A stretch of 64,000 nt of DNA from Syntrophales bacterium. Lineage in GTDB: Bacteria; Desulfobacterota; Syntrophia; Syntrophales; UBA2210. The stretch lies in NCBI GenBank assembly GCA_963666365.2, contig CAXXNF010000001.1, positions 800,001 through 864,000 of the forward strand, written 5' to 3'. Numbering within the stretch: position 1 is the stretch's first letter; each line of letters starts with the position of its first letter. The notes beneath the pieces were generated by a model, which saw only the letters and a list, made by a program, of their open reading frames with translations, was not told the origin of the DNA and did no database searches. The translations under genes and the position numbers were made by a program. Positions 48,891-58,936 of the stretch are shown here, one piece after another.

Positions 48891-49391
48891 TTATGCTCCT
48901 GAATCTGTAGGCAGCCCCGCCTCCCGCCAAAGACTCCAGCCGTTGATCAGCACCCGCACGTGTTCAAAGCCCATATCTTTCAGGAAAAGAGCCAAGTCAT
49001 GACTTAAATCGCAGTGTTCTCCGTCACAGTACGTGACGATTGTCCTGCCTTGATCCAGCCGGTTGAACAGCCCGTCAAAATAGTGGTCGATTTCCTGCCA
49101 GGGAAGGCTCAGTGCACCCTGGATATGTCCCGCTTCATACTCATCGGCAGACCGGGCATCGAGAAAGAGGACCTCATCTTTCAGAAACAGGTGCTCCGCC
49201 TCCGTAAGATCGATCACCATGCTGTTGCCGGCAGTATCGGAAACTCGCGCCTCCAATGACCAATCTCCCACAAGGGGGATGCCGTCGGACCGCCAGTGAT
49301 TAACGCCGACAGCAATGAAAAGTGCGATCATGACAAGGCAAGGAGCCTGCCAAAATGCCCCTTTTGCAGCGCTGGATCTATGGGGAATCAT
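48891..49391 (-). CDS. Membrane-anchored rhodanese-like protein
   Basis: N-terminal TM; LDARSADEYEAGHIQGA; YCDGEHCDLS; GWSLWREAGLP. Confidence 0.9.
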   Translation of the reverse strand: MIPHRSSAAKGAFWQAPCLVMIALFIAVGVNHWRSDGIPLVGDWSLEARVSDTAGNSMVIDLTEAEHLFLKDEVLFLDARSADEYEAGHIQGALSLPWQEIDHYFDGLFNRLDQGRTIVTYCDGEHCDLSHDLALFLKDMGFEHVRVLINGWSLWREAGLPTDSGA

Positions 49392-49427
49392 GTATACCTC
49401 TTTCCGTCATCCACTGATTTATCGCAA

Positions 49428-49457
49428 TAAATATGTGATCGAACATATCTGTGTCAA
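49428..49457 (-). promoter_or_regulatory. Possible promoter with overlapping inverted repeat for the rhodanese-doxX-DUF1573 genes
   Basis: TTGACA at 49457-49452; ATATGT-N6-ACATAT at 49431-49448. Confidence 0.45.
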
Positions 49458-49578
49458 CTCCTTTTCCGATAGGGATACGCCGGCGAACTTGCGATCAAAC
49501 AATTTCATAATGATTATCCTTTCAATTTTCATTATTATCATCCATCATTGCCACCTCCAGAGGCATTTTCGCACTCAA

Positions 49579-50678
49579 CTAGTACTGCGGCTCGCATGAC
49601 ATATGGCATACGCCGGTGGGTGTCTCCACGGCGTAGGGGAAGTATCTGCGCTTGAACCAAAGAGCGACGCTCACCAGGGAGATGAGAATGGGCACCTCCA
49701 CCAGAGGTCCGATTACGGCGGCGAAGGCCTGTCCCGAATCCAGACCGAAGACGGCCACGGCTACGGCGATGGCCAGTTCGAAGTTATTGGAGGCGGCGGT
49801 AAATGACAAGGTCGTGGCCTGCTCATATGTCGCCTTGGCTTTCATGGAAAGCCAGAAGGAAACAAAAAACATCATCACGAAATAGATGCAAAGAGGAATT
49901 GCCACACGCACCACATCCATCGGCAGCTGCACGATGTATTCCCCCTTGAGCGAAAACATCACCAGAATCGTTAAAAGCAGGGCGATGAGGGTGATGGGAC
50001 TGATTTTAGGAATAAACTTTTTTTCATACCGGACAGCCCCGACTGTTTTCAGGCCGATCACCCTCGAGAGCACCCCGGCGACAAAGGGGATTCCCAGATA
50101 GATACACACACTTTCAGCGATCTGGCCGATGGAGATATCCACTACCATTCCCTCAAGTCCAATCCACCGGGGCAATACCGTAAAATATAGGCGTAGACGG
50201 AAAAGAAGAGCACCTGAAAGATGGAATTGAAGGCCACCAGCCCCGCGCAGTATTCCCGGTCGCCGCTGGCCAGATCGTTCCAGACGATTACCATGGCGAT
50301 GCAGCGGGCCAGACCGATCAAAATCAATCCCACCATGTACTCCTGGCGTCCCGATAAAAACGCGATGGCCAGAAGAAACATCAGAATGGGCCCGATGATC
50401 CAGTTTTGCACCAACGACAATGCAAGCACCTTTATATCGCGGAACACGAAGGCGAGTTTTTCGTATTTGACTTTTGCCAGGGGCGGATACATCATCAGAA
50501 TCAAACCGACAGCTATGGGAATATTTGTGGTCCCCAAGGAAAAGCGGTTGATGAAGTTCTTCATATCAGGGAACAGATACCCGCTGCCCACGCCGACTAT
50601 CATGGCCAGGAAAATCCACAGTGTAAGATAACGGTCGAGAAAACTCAGTTTCTTCATTGTAGATTCGGATTCGTGCAT
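49579..50678 (-). pseudogene. acr3: Acr3 arsenite efflux transporter, frameshifted near 50183
   Basis: 5' part [30 protein letters not shown]; 3' part in another frame [19 protein letters not shown]; junction TAT ATT TT ACG GTA TTG CCC. Confidence 0.9.
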
Positions 50679-50710
50679 ATTTTATTTTCTCCCTATTGGT
50701 CACGCATGAA

Positions 50711-51154
50711 TCAAGAACGCAGCGTCTCCGGCAGCTGCTCGATAAATGCCCGGATTTCCTCACGTACACGGCGGTATTGGTCAAAGACCTCTTCCTCGGT
50801 GGACGCGTCCTTCGCCATAGCCGGCGGATCATCGAATCCCGCATGCATTCGTTGAGTCCTGCCCGGGAAAAAAGGACAGGTTTCATTGGCATGATCGCAG
50901 AGCGTGATGACATGGTCAAAAGTGCGCTCCGGCAGCTCATCGATCATCTTGGATGCCTGACCGCTGATATCCACGCCCGCTTCGGCCATCACACGCACCG
51001 CCAGGGGATCGAGGCCGCGTTTTTCTATACCCGCCGAATATGCCTCTATTTCCTCCGACTTCAAATGCCGTGCCCATCCTTCAGCCATCTGGCTGCGGCA
51101 GGAATTTCCTGTGCATAAAAAGAGAATGCGGCGTTTTATGTTCGCAATCGACAT
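50711..51154 (-). CDS. arsC: Arsenate reductase, thioredoxin-coupled LMW-PTP type
   Basis: FLCTGNSCRSQMAEG, TLCDHANETCPFFPG, FDDPP, VREEI. Confidence 0.93.
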   Translation of the reverse strand: MSIANIKRRILFLCTGNSCRSQMAEGWARHLKSEEIEAYSAGIEKRGLDPLAVRVMAEAGVDISGQASKMIDELPERTFDHVITLCDHANETCPFFPGRTQRMHAGFDDPPAMAKDASTEEEVFDQYRRVREEIRAFIEQLPETLRS

Positions 51155-51233
51155 ATGCGTTTCTCCAACTGCTGACAGTAAAAATATTCATTCGCGAGAA
51201 TTGGGCTTTCAATCATTTTCCCCATGCAGATTC

Positions 51234-51752
51234 TCAGGCGCCCTTCGCAGTATTTCTAGCAGCCGCCTCTTCCAGCCAGCGGCGGATTTTGCCCTTTTCC
51301 GGCGTCGTTTCCACAGCCACGACCTTTTCATTGATGATCAGCGCCGGTGTGCCCATGACTCCGTATTTGCCTATTTCACGAATATCCGATATATGGATGA
51401 TTTCCCCCGGCGCCTTAATTTCCGCCATGACTTCACGAACATCCATTTCGAGGCGACTGCACCGGGCGCAGCCGGGTCCCAGCACGAGCGCCCTGATCCC
51501 TGAAACCGCTTCTTCCTCTACCGGCTGTCCCAGGGATCTCCTGAATTCACGGACGAGCGCCGCCGCATAGTGGGTTTCGGCACTGGAGGGGATGTAATTC
51601 CTCGCCGAAAGCCGTTTGATCATTTCACTGCCGATCTCCTCGTCGGCACACCGGGCGTAGTCGGGCGCCATCTCTTCCATAACCTTTTCCAGGCCGACAA
51701 TTCCTATCAGATTGCCCTTGATCCTTATCTGCATCACATCACTGCCGAACAT
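51234..51752 (-). CDS. Thioredoxin-family (MTH895-like) protein with N-terminal extension
   Basis: VLGPGCARC, YGVMGTPALIIN. Confidence 0.88.
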   Translation of the reverse strand: MFGSDVMQIRIKGNLIGIVGLEKVMEEMAPDYARCADEEIGSEMIKRLSARNYIPSSAETHYAAALVREFRRSLGQPVEEEAVSGIRALVLGPGCARCSRLEMDVREVMAEIKAPGEIIHISDIREIGKYGVMGTPALIINEKVVAVETTPEKGKIRRWLEEAAARNTAKGA

Positions 51753-51865
51753 GGCGGACTTCTCCTTTTCATATTTTCACTCACCACAGAGATTTCCGCT
51801 TTTGCGTACGTACCACAACGCGCAATCGACAGGCCTTTCAGCCATCGGCACCACATGGATCTTCT

Positions 51866-52403
51866 TCAGTGCATCCCTGTACTCGGGCATTTCTGTGGTT
51901 CAACGCCCATTTTCTTCAGCTTGGCAGAGATATCGCTTTCCCCCATAAGCCCCACGTGGCGATAGACCTCTTGAAACCTTTGCAGAACCTCATAAAATCG
52001 TCAATTTCGCCATACCGGCGAAGGCCGGTATCCAGTTTTTTCAAGCACTTTCTGGATTCCGGGTCAAGCCAGAAATGACAGAAAAGGGAATTATGCAGGT
52101 CTCCTCTTTACCCTCTTTATCGAAAAAAACCTGCGTGGGAATCGCCTGCACACCGAATCTCTTGACCTGATCGCGGTGCTTCCATACATCGATGAATACG
52201 ATTGCGGCTTTTCCTTTAAGGCGCTCTTCCACCTTTTTCATGACCGGTTCCATCATCTTGCAGGGGATACATGATTTTGCGCCCAAGTCTATCATGGTAG
52301 CTATCCCTTTGGCGGGAACGGATTCAAAATCGCTCTTCAGCTCTGCGGCTGAAAGAGGTCCGGTTGTCAGGGACATAAAAAGGACAACGGCGGCCATAAT
52401 CAA
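51866..52403 (-). pseudogene. Exported thioredoxin interrupted by a MITE
   Basis: CIPC and IPTQVFFDKEGKE before the insert; VYRHVGLMGESDISAKLKKMGV resumes in frame when 51973-52108 is removed. Confidence 0.88.
51973..52103. mobile_element. 131 bp MITE with 5 bp target duplication
   Basis: Ends gaaacctttgcagaa / ttatgcaggtctc flanked by CTCTT (51968-51972, 52104-52108); internal REP-like palindromes. Confidence 0.88.
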
Positions 52404-52443
52404 AACACATATTTATTATTTTTATTTCGCCTTAAAAGCTTAC

Positions 52444-52677
52444 CTACTGCGTGAGCCACTTCTTGACCTCTTCCTTGCCGGGAATCTTGCCGACACTCTT
52501 CACTTCGCCGTCGATCACCACGGCCGGCGTGCCGAAGACGCCGTAACTTGCGATTTTCATGGTATCGGTTACCTTTTCGATCTGCGCATCGACGCCGACC
52601 TCCGCCACCGCTTCCTTTACGATGCCTTCCGTTTTTTTACACCGCGGGCATCCCGGGCCTAATACTTTAATGTCCAT
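52444..52677 (-). CDS. Small redox-active disulfide protein (MTH895-like thioredoxin family)
   Basis: MDIKVLGPGCPRC, YGVFGTPAVVIDGEVKSVGKIP. Confidence 0.92.
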   Translation of the reverse strand: MDIKVLGPGCPRCKKTEGIVKEAVAEVGVDAQIEKVTDTMKIASYGVFGTPAVVIDGEVKSVGKIPGKEEVKKWLTQ

Positions 52678-52705
52678 GTGCTTCATTCCTTTCAAATTTA
52701 TTATT

Positions 52706-53878
52706 TTATCCGGCAAAGCTGCCGTAGACCATGCCCGCAATTGTTGACATGACGACGATGATCCCGCAGAAGGTGGCCGTTTTTTTTACGCCCATTACAC
52801 TTCCTATCACCAGCATGTTCGGAAGCGAGAGCGCAGGTCCTGCCAGAAGCAGCGCCAGGGCGGGCCCTTTCCCCATGCCCGATCCTAAAAGACCCTGCAA
52901 AATAGGAACCTCGGTCAGAGTGGCAAAGTACATCAAGGCGCCCGCTACCGAGGCGAACACATTGGCCCAGAGAGAGTTGCCGCCGAGAAGAGACTGTACG
53001 TACTGCTCGGGAATAAGCGCCGGGTGACCGGGCCTTCCCAGAAGGAATCCGGCAACGAGCACACCGCCCATAAGAAGGGGGAATATCTGTTTCATGAATC
53101 CCCAGGTCGATTCAACCCAGGCGATCCGCTCGTCCTTATTGAACCAGGTCTTGACCATAAAGACCAGCACCACAAGAAGCACAGCGGTAATGTACCATTT
53201 ATACGAAAAGATCATGGGCCAGAATCCGGCTTCACCGGGGGCCGGGCGGGCAAAGGACGCAAAAATCAGTATCAGCACCATGGTCAGAAGATAGAGGCTG
53301 TCTTGCAAGAGTGTGCGTCCCCCGTCATCTGTATCGGGCACATAGATCTGCCCCGCTGTCCGGGCTGCATCGTCTTTTCTGAAGATTATGGACATCAGGA
53401 TGCCGGTCACAAAGGCAAAGATGATTGCACCGATTGCCCGGGCCAGCCCCAATTGCCATCCCAGAACCTTCGCCGTAAGGGTGATGGCCAGCACATTGAT
53501 GGCGGGTCCTGAGTAGAGAAAGGCCGTGGCCGGACCGATGCCGGCGCCGCGGGTGTAAATCCCGGCAAAGAGCGGAAGGACGGTGCATGAGCAAACCGCA
53601 AGTATAGTGCCCGATACCGAGGCCACCGAGTAAGAGAGCAGTTTGTTGGCCCTGGCGCCGAAATATTTCAGAACCGACGCCTGTGAGACAAAGACCGCAA
53701 TCGCCCCCGCAATGAAAAAGGCGGGGATCAGACAGGTCAGGACGTGTTCGCGGGCGTATTCCCGAAGCATCATGAAGGCCTCGAGCCCGGACTGCCTGAT
53801 CAACACATGATCCCAAGGGGTAAAATAGGCCGCCAGAAAAACGCCGGCGATTATCAACAGCTTTGTTCGTTCTTTCAT
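52706..53878 (-). CDS. arsP: ArsP/DUF318-family permease
   Basis: EHVLTCLIPAFFIAG, AVCSCTVLPLF, YFATLTEVP, GPALSLP. Confidence 0.88.
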   Translation of the reverse strand: MKERTKLLIIAGVFLAAYFTPWDHVLIRQSGLEAFMMLREYAREHVLTCLIPAFFIAGAIAVFVSQASVLKYFGARANKLLSYSVASVSGTILAVCSCTVLPLFAGIYTRGAGIGPATAFLYSGPAINVLAITLTAKVLGWQLGLARAIGAIIFAFVTGILMSIIFRKDDAARTAGQIYVPDTDDGGRTLLQDSLYLLTMVLILIFASFARPAPGEAGFWPMIFSYKWYITAVLLVVLVFMVKTWFNKDERIAWVESTWGFMKQIFPLLMGGVLVAGFLLGRPGHPALIPEQYVQSLLGGNSLWANVFASVAGALMYFATLTEVPILQGLLGSGMGKGPALALLLAGPALSLPNMLVIGSVMGVKKTATFCGIIVVMSTIAGMVYGSFAG

Positions 53879-53933
53879 ACCATCGATTCCTTTATCCTTT
53901 TGTCGGCACGACGGGATGTTACTATCAATAATT

Positions 53934-53960
53934 TATACATAGGCATACAACGATATATAT
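53934..53960. promoter_or_regulatory. Possible ArsR operator upstream of the permease
   Basis: Imperfect IR (minus atatcgttgtatgcctatgta) similar to atatcgttaataagcaatata upstream of arsR. Confidence 0.45.
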
Positions 53961-53976
53961 TATGCAAAAAAATATG

Positions 53977-54321
53977 CTACTTTCTACAAATCGTTTCCCT
54001 GCTGATATCGGGGAGGCGCCTTATGAGCTCCTCAATCTCCCTATCGTTCGCCAGCCAGTGCTTCAGATTGCCGATCAGACTTGCAGCATAAGGACTTGCA
54101 TTTCCGTCCGCCAGCACATAATTGACCCAGAGCCCGTCTTTGTTATGCGTAATCAATCCAGCCTCTTCCAGAATCTTCAGGTGTTTGCTTGCGGTGGGCT
54201 GCGCCACCCCCAGGGCCGTCTTGATTTCACAGACGCACATAACCTTGCATTGAAGCATCTTCAGGATCTTGACCCGATTGGAATCGGACAGTGCCTTCAT
54301 TACTTTGACGAATTCTTTCAT
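53977..54321 (-). CDS. arsR: ArsR/SmtB-family repressor
   Basis: KALSDSNRVKIL, MCVCEI, QPTASKHLKILEEAGL, GLWVNY. Confidence 0.95.
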   Translation of the reverse strand: MKEFVKVMKALSDSNRVKILKMLQCKVMCVCEIKTALGVAQPTASKHLKILEEAGLITHNKDGLWVNYVLADGNASPYAASLIGNLKHWLANDREIEELIRRLPDISRETICRK

Positions 54322-54330
54322 GGAACCTCC

Positions 54331-54373
54331 ATATCGTTAATAAGCAATATAGTTATTATACTTTCCCTGTCAA
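54331..54373 (-). promoter_or_regulatory. arsR promoter/operator
   Basis: TTGACA (54373-54368)-16-TATATT; imperfect IR atatcgttaataagcaatat overlapping the -10. Confidence 0.55.
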
Positions 54374-54501
54374 GAAAGTTTTTGGATATACCAGAGATCG
54401 ACCCGATATCCGCATTCCTGTTACACGCCTGCGCTGCTGCAATGAATAGACAATTTTTATCTGCCACCAACACAGAATATGACGTTCTATGAGTGTATGA
54501 C

Positions 54502-54530
54502 AAAAAAGGCAGAGCCGAAGGGCCCTGCCT
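54502..54530 (-). terminator. Rho-independent terminator after the serine hydrolase
   Basis: aggcagggcc-cttc-ggctctgcct followed by a T run. Confidence 0.75.
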
Positions 54531-54604
54531 CTGTTCACTGATTGCCTTGCGGTGAAACCTTTCCGTTTCGCCGCTTCCGATTATTCACTTCTTATGCCGA
54601 AACT

Positions 54605-55900
54605 TCACTGTCGCACTGCCTTTGCAAGGGCTTCCCAGGCGCGTAACGTGAGGGGATGGGTAAAGCCCGCACCCGGCACCGGGTGTGAGGACAATTTCAC
54701 CACCACCATTTCAGCGCCCGGATTGATATGGATCATCTGGCCGAATATGCCCGATGCTTCAAATGCGCCGTCGGCATTGTGGAGTACCCACCATTGGTTA
54801 TGATAGCTGTAGCCGGGCCGAAAAGTCATTCCGGAGGCCTTGAACTTCTCCCGGTCCGCCCCTTTCCGGACTTCGTCGATGGCCTCCTTGGCGAAGATGC
54901 GCTGACCGTTCAATTCACCGCCCCGGCGCACCATCTCGGCAAACCGCGCCAGGTCTCTGGCCGTCGCGCACAGACCGGAACCCTGCCAGGGTGTGCCGAC
55001 CGGGTCGATCAATATGTAGGCGTCTTTCTCCATTCCGAGCTTCTGCCAGATCCGCTCCGAGATCAGGTCCGCGAAATGTTTCCCCGTGATCCGTGAAATG
55101 ATCCAGCCCAGTACATCCGAGTGGATGGTCCGGTACACGAAGCCGGCGCCGTGCTCCCCCCCTTTTTCAAGCGATGTCAAGAAATCGCAGATCGTCTTTG
55201 GACCGGCGTAATTAGGCGGCGCCTGCAGCGAGCCCATGGCAAATGAATAAGTGAATATGTCCGAAGTAAAGTCCCTGTAGACTTCCCTGAATTTAACCGC
55301 CCCGGTCATGTCAAGGACGTCCTGCACCTTCATATCTCCCCAGGCGCTGGCGGCCAGTTCAGGAACATAGGTGGGCACCAGTGCATTCGGATCGAGCTTC
55401 CCTTCCTGGATCAGCTCGGATGCCAGCAGGCCGGTGAAAGACTTGGTAACGGAATAGAGCAGATGAGGTCTCTCGGCGGCGCCTTTGTGATAATACCGCT
55501 CATAGACCAGTTTTCCCTTATGCAGTACGACCAGGGCATCCGTATAGGTCCGTTTCTGCCATTCGGCAAGGGTAATCTTCTGGCCTTTGTCATCCTCAAA
55601 GATAAACTCGTCCAAATTCCGCTCTGCCATCGGCAGCGTATATACCGGACCGTCGCCCCGGCTGATGTTTCTGGAGCGGGCGATCTCTCTCATGTGCTGA
55701 AAGGCCCACACCATCTGGGGGTATTTGTAATAATTGGTAAGATTAACGATTTTATCGCCCGTCGGGGGGAACTGTGCCATGTAGTCTAGATTGTCGAGGG
55801 ATACCCGCGGCGGCAGCTGTTGGGACGATACCGGCAGCGCGGTTAAGAGGGTTAAAAAAATAACCAACAACACAATCATTCTGGTCTTTGCGTTTTCCAT
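54605..55900 (-). CDS. Exported serine hydrolase, beta-lactamase class C / 6-aminohexanoate-dimer hydrolase-like
   Basis: SxxK YSVTKS; FVYRT; SGIFGQ; AAGGAGG RBS before ATG 55900; signal peptide. Confidence 0.9.
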   Translation of the reverse strand: MENAKTRMIVLLVIFLTLLTALPVSSQQLPPRVSLDNLDYMAQFPPTGDKIVNLTNYYKYPQMVWAFQHMREIARSRNISRGDGPVYTLPMAERNLDEFIFEDDKGQKITLAEWQKRTYTDALVVLHKGKLVYERYYHKGAAERPHLLYSVTKSFTGLLASELIQEGKLDPNALVPTYVPELAASAWGDMKVQDVLDMTGAVKFREVYRDFTSDIFTYSFAMGSLQAPPNYAGPKTICDFLTSLEKGGEHGAGFVYRTIHSDVLGWIISRITGKHFADLISERIWQKLGMEKDAYILIDPVGTPWQGSGLCATARDLARFAEMVRRGGELNGQRIFAKEAIDEVRKGADREKFKASGMTFRPGYSYHNQWWVLHNADGAFEASGIFGQMIHINPGAEMVVVKLSSHPVPGAGFTHPLTLRAWEALAKAVRQ

Positions 55901-55986
55901 ACCATGCCTCCTTCTTTGTTGAGATATCAATAGCGTTACCGCCGTCTCCCGTATCCTGACTGCCCGTCCGATCTTTCCGGGACCGA

Positions 55987-57969
55987 TCACCGGGGCGTCA
56001 CGATCGGGAAGTTGCCGGCTGCCTTATCGATCAGGGCAAAGAACCGGATCAGATCGATTCTGCTGCCGCTGATCTTCAGATCACTGGAAAGGACCGTGTC
56101 TTTCAGACCCGCCGTTCCCGCCATCAGTTTGACCCATAGAGGCTTGGTCAGCGTCAGAGTTGCCTGGGCGCCATCGACCGGTTTCGACCTTTTGTGGTGC
56201 AGCACGGCGTTTTCAATCCACAGGACGAAAGATTCCCCCGTATCGCTGAAAATCAGATTGATTGTGTAGTTTTTATCCTCCGCCGCCGGTCCGTCAAGAC
56301 TCGCGGCCATCACCTCAAGAAACCGCTCCACCGGCGTGCGTTCCATCATGTCGATGATCAATGCCCGTCTGATGCCCTGCTTCGGCGGCCCCTGGCGCAA
56401 TTCCTGCGCCGCCGTCAGATAGCTGTTGCGCCATACGGCTGATTCCGACATGTAGGCCAGCTGATCGTAGGTGAGGGAAAGCAATTCCCCGGCGCCTTTA
56501 TGATCAGGCGCACCGAACACGACCATATTCAATAGTTCGGCCGCCCAGCGGTAGTCGCCCTTGTCGAACGCGTCCTGTGCCGCCGAGACAGCCCTGTCCG
56601 CGCCGCCGATCAGGTCCAGATGACGCCTTGAGGATTCCCGGAGCGGCAGGGGATTCAGGTTGGTCGGATTGCCGTCGTAAAACCCCATGTAAAACTGATA
56701 CACGGCTTTGACATTGTGCCGCAGATCTCCATAGTACCCGCGCACGCCGAAATAGGATTCCAGTGACTTCGGCAGTCTTATCATATCGGCGATCTCCCGC
56801 GGCGTGTACCCGGCGTTGATCAGGCGCACCGTCTGATCATGGGTATAGCGGTACAGGTCCCTGTGCATGGTGATGAATTCTCTGATGCGCTCCCTGCCCC
56901 AGACCGGCCAGTGGTGCTGACCGAAATAGACTTCACAGTCGGCAGCGTATTCCAGGGCGTCGTCGAGGTAGTCGGCCCACCGGAGGGCATCGCGCACTTT
57001 CGCGCCGCGAACCGGCAGGAGATTGTGCATGGTCCGTGAAAGGATTTCGGCGCCGCCGAAGGCCTTCTTTTCGGGAATTATGAAGGTCAGCTCAGCCGGG
57101 GCTTCCGCACCGGGGACATTGTAAAAGACGAAGCGCAGCCCGTCGACCGTCATCTCCTGCCCGGCCCTGTCGATAATGACAGTGGGAGCGATGATACCGA
57201 TGCTGCCGTAGGCATTTGATTTCCCCAGGCCTGTATCAACCAGACCCTTGACGGAACAGACCAGATCCTTTCCGAACTGATAGGACGACCGTCGTCCCAT
57301 CGCAACACCGACCATCATGTTTTCACTTACGGCCTCCTCCATGAACCCTTCTGGAGCAATAATCGGCACTGTGCCTGCGACCCCATCCTGTGCCGCGAGA
57401 ATGCCCAGCACACCGCCGAAATGGTCCACATGGCTGTGAGTGATAATAATTGCCGATACCGGCCTGTCCCCCAGGTGCTTCCGGGCGAAATCCAAAGCGA
57501 AGGCCGCGCTTTCACGACAGGTGAGCGTATCGACGACGATCCAGCCGGTCTTGCCTTCAATCAGCGTGATGTTGGCCAGATCAAAGCCGCGGAGCTGGTA
57601 AATACCGTCAACAACCTTGAAAAGACCGAACTCCGCGTTCAGTTTCGCATGCCGCCAAAGGCTTGGATTCACCGTGGGCGGCGGATCGCCGGTTACAAAT
57701 GTGAAGGCGTCGAAGTCGATGAGAACCGTACCGTCGGCCATACGGATCTGCCCGCTTGGCCTGGCGATACGACCGTATGCGGCATCCTCGAAGTCCTTCG
57801 GATCGGCAAGGGCAACCACCTGAGCCATGGTCCGATTGGCTTCCAATGTGGCGAGATCGGCATCACCGACGGAATCCCCAACGCCTGTCTCCCTGCCGCA
57901 ACCAGGCAGGAGCGCGACAGTCACCACACATAACAACGAGAAAAGGATATATTTTGTTTTCATTTTCAT
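55987..57969 (-). CDS. Alkyl/aryl sulfatase (SdsA1-type MBL fold + dimerisation + SCP2 domains), probable lipoprotein
   Basis: NPSLWRHA, YQLRGFDLAN, THSHVDHFGG, EAPAE, QHHWP, RGYYG; lipobox LLPG-C. Confidence 0.93.
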   Translation of the reverse strand: MKMKTKYILFSLLCVVTVALLPGCGRETGVGDSVGDADLATLEANRTMAQVVALADPKDFEDAAYGRIARPSGQIRMADGTVLIDFDAFTFVTGDPPPTVNPSLWRHAKLNAEFGLFKVVDGIYQLRGFDLANITLIEGKTGWIVVDTLTCRESAAFALDFARKHLGDRPVSAIIITHSHVDHFGGVLGILAAQDGVAGTVPIIAPEGFMEEAVSENMMVGVAMGRRSSYQFGKDLVCSVKGLVDTGLGKSNAYGSIGIIAPTVIIDRAGQEMTVDGLRFVFYNVPGAEAPAELTFIIPEKKAFGGAEILSRTMHNLLPVRGAKVRDALRWADYLDDALEYAADCEVYFGQHHWPVWGRERIREFITMHRDLYRYTHDQTVRLINAGYTPREIADMIRLPKSLESYFGVRGYYGDLRHNVKAVYQFYMGFYDGNPTNLNPLPLRESSRRHLDLIGGADRAVSAAQDAFDKGDYRWAAELLNMVVFGAPDHKGAGELLSLTYDQLAYMSESAVWRNSYLTAAQELRQGPPKQGIRRALIIDMMERTPVERFLEVMAASLDGPAAEDKNYTINLIFSDTGESFVLWIENAVLHHKRSKPVDGAQATLTLTKPLWVKLMAGTAGLKDTVLSSDLKISGSRIDLIRFFALIDKAAGNFPIVTPR

Positions 57970-58124
57970 GATCCCATCCTTTCACAATCATTGTTGACAG
58001 AGCCGTACAGAGTCGACTTTGCTTTCGTCGCTTAACACGCTGAAAACAAATTTATATTGAAATAGAGATAAAATCGAATGATTTATTTCGCACATCGGAC
58101 AAGGCGGTCACATACATAGCCGCC

Positions 58125-58694
58125 TTGTTTTTAATGATCGGTGAAGATGATCTTTCATTACTGCGGGTGACCGGCGGCAATCAGGTGGGCAGAAACAGGT
58201 GTGCCCTTCCTGGCGACGATTCCCCGCAGATTTCAGAAACGCCCGAATCCCTGGAAGAGCTGCGTGCCTATCCCGGCACCACAGAACTGTTTCATGAACT
58301 GATGGCCAGATATGCCCTGCGTTCAGGGGTATCAGGCGTCCAGCCAAAGGTCCTGCTTGATGCGTCGGATCGGGGCACTCTGACATCGGCAGGCTATATC
58401 GTCAAGTCCTGGGGCAGTGATTATCCGCACCTGGCAGCCAACGAGTATTTCTGCATGACCGTGGTAAAACGCGCCGGACTGCCGACACCGGAATTCTTTC
58501 CTTCCGATAGCGGCGGCCTTTTTATTATGCGCAGATTTGAAATTGCCCTTGACAATGCAGGAATCGGTTGCGAGGATATGTGCAGTCTCCAGGCCCTCGG
58601 GACGGCACAGAAATATTCCAGCAGCTGCGAGGGCATCGTAAAGAGTATCAGCAGCTTTGTATCCGGAACCCGCCTGATGGCAGGCGTGGGATGA
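58125..58694 (+). pseudogene. hipA: HipA-family kinase toxin, internal fragment
   Basis: SGVSGVQPKVL, LAANEYFCM, MRRFE, EDMCSL, KY; no N-terminal domain or C-terminal catalytic motifs; no hipB. Confidence 0.75.
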
Positions 58695-58936
58695 AGGGGT
58701 AAAGGGCCTTCTCGGCCGCTAACATGGCAGACAATTTGTAAGCAATTGTTTGACTGTACTACCTCTTATTTGTAAAACTCAAAATTAAGTGAATGGCGTA
58801 ACGGAATTTATTTTCTGATTTTGTCATTGCGTGAATAATAAGCAGGGCGTATTTAAGAATAATCAATAACATCAAGAGGTTAACTTAAAGCGCTTTCATG
58901 CCGGAGCGGTCGAGCAGATAGAGAGAAGGTGAAGAA

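Noticed and set aside
51234..53878. Further selenoproteins among the thioredoxin-like and permease genes
   Set aside because: Their redox motifs are all Cys-encoded in uninterrupted frames
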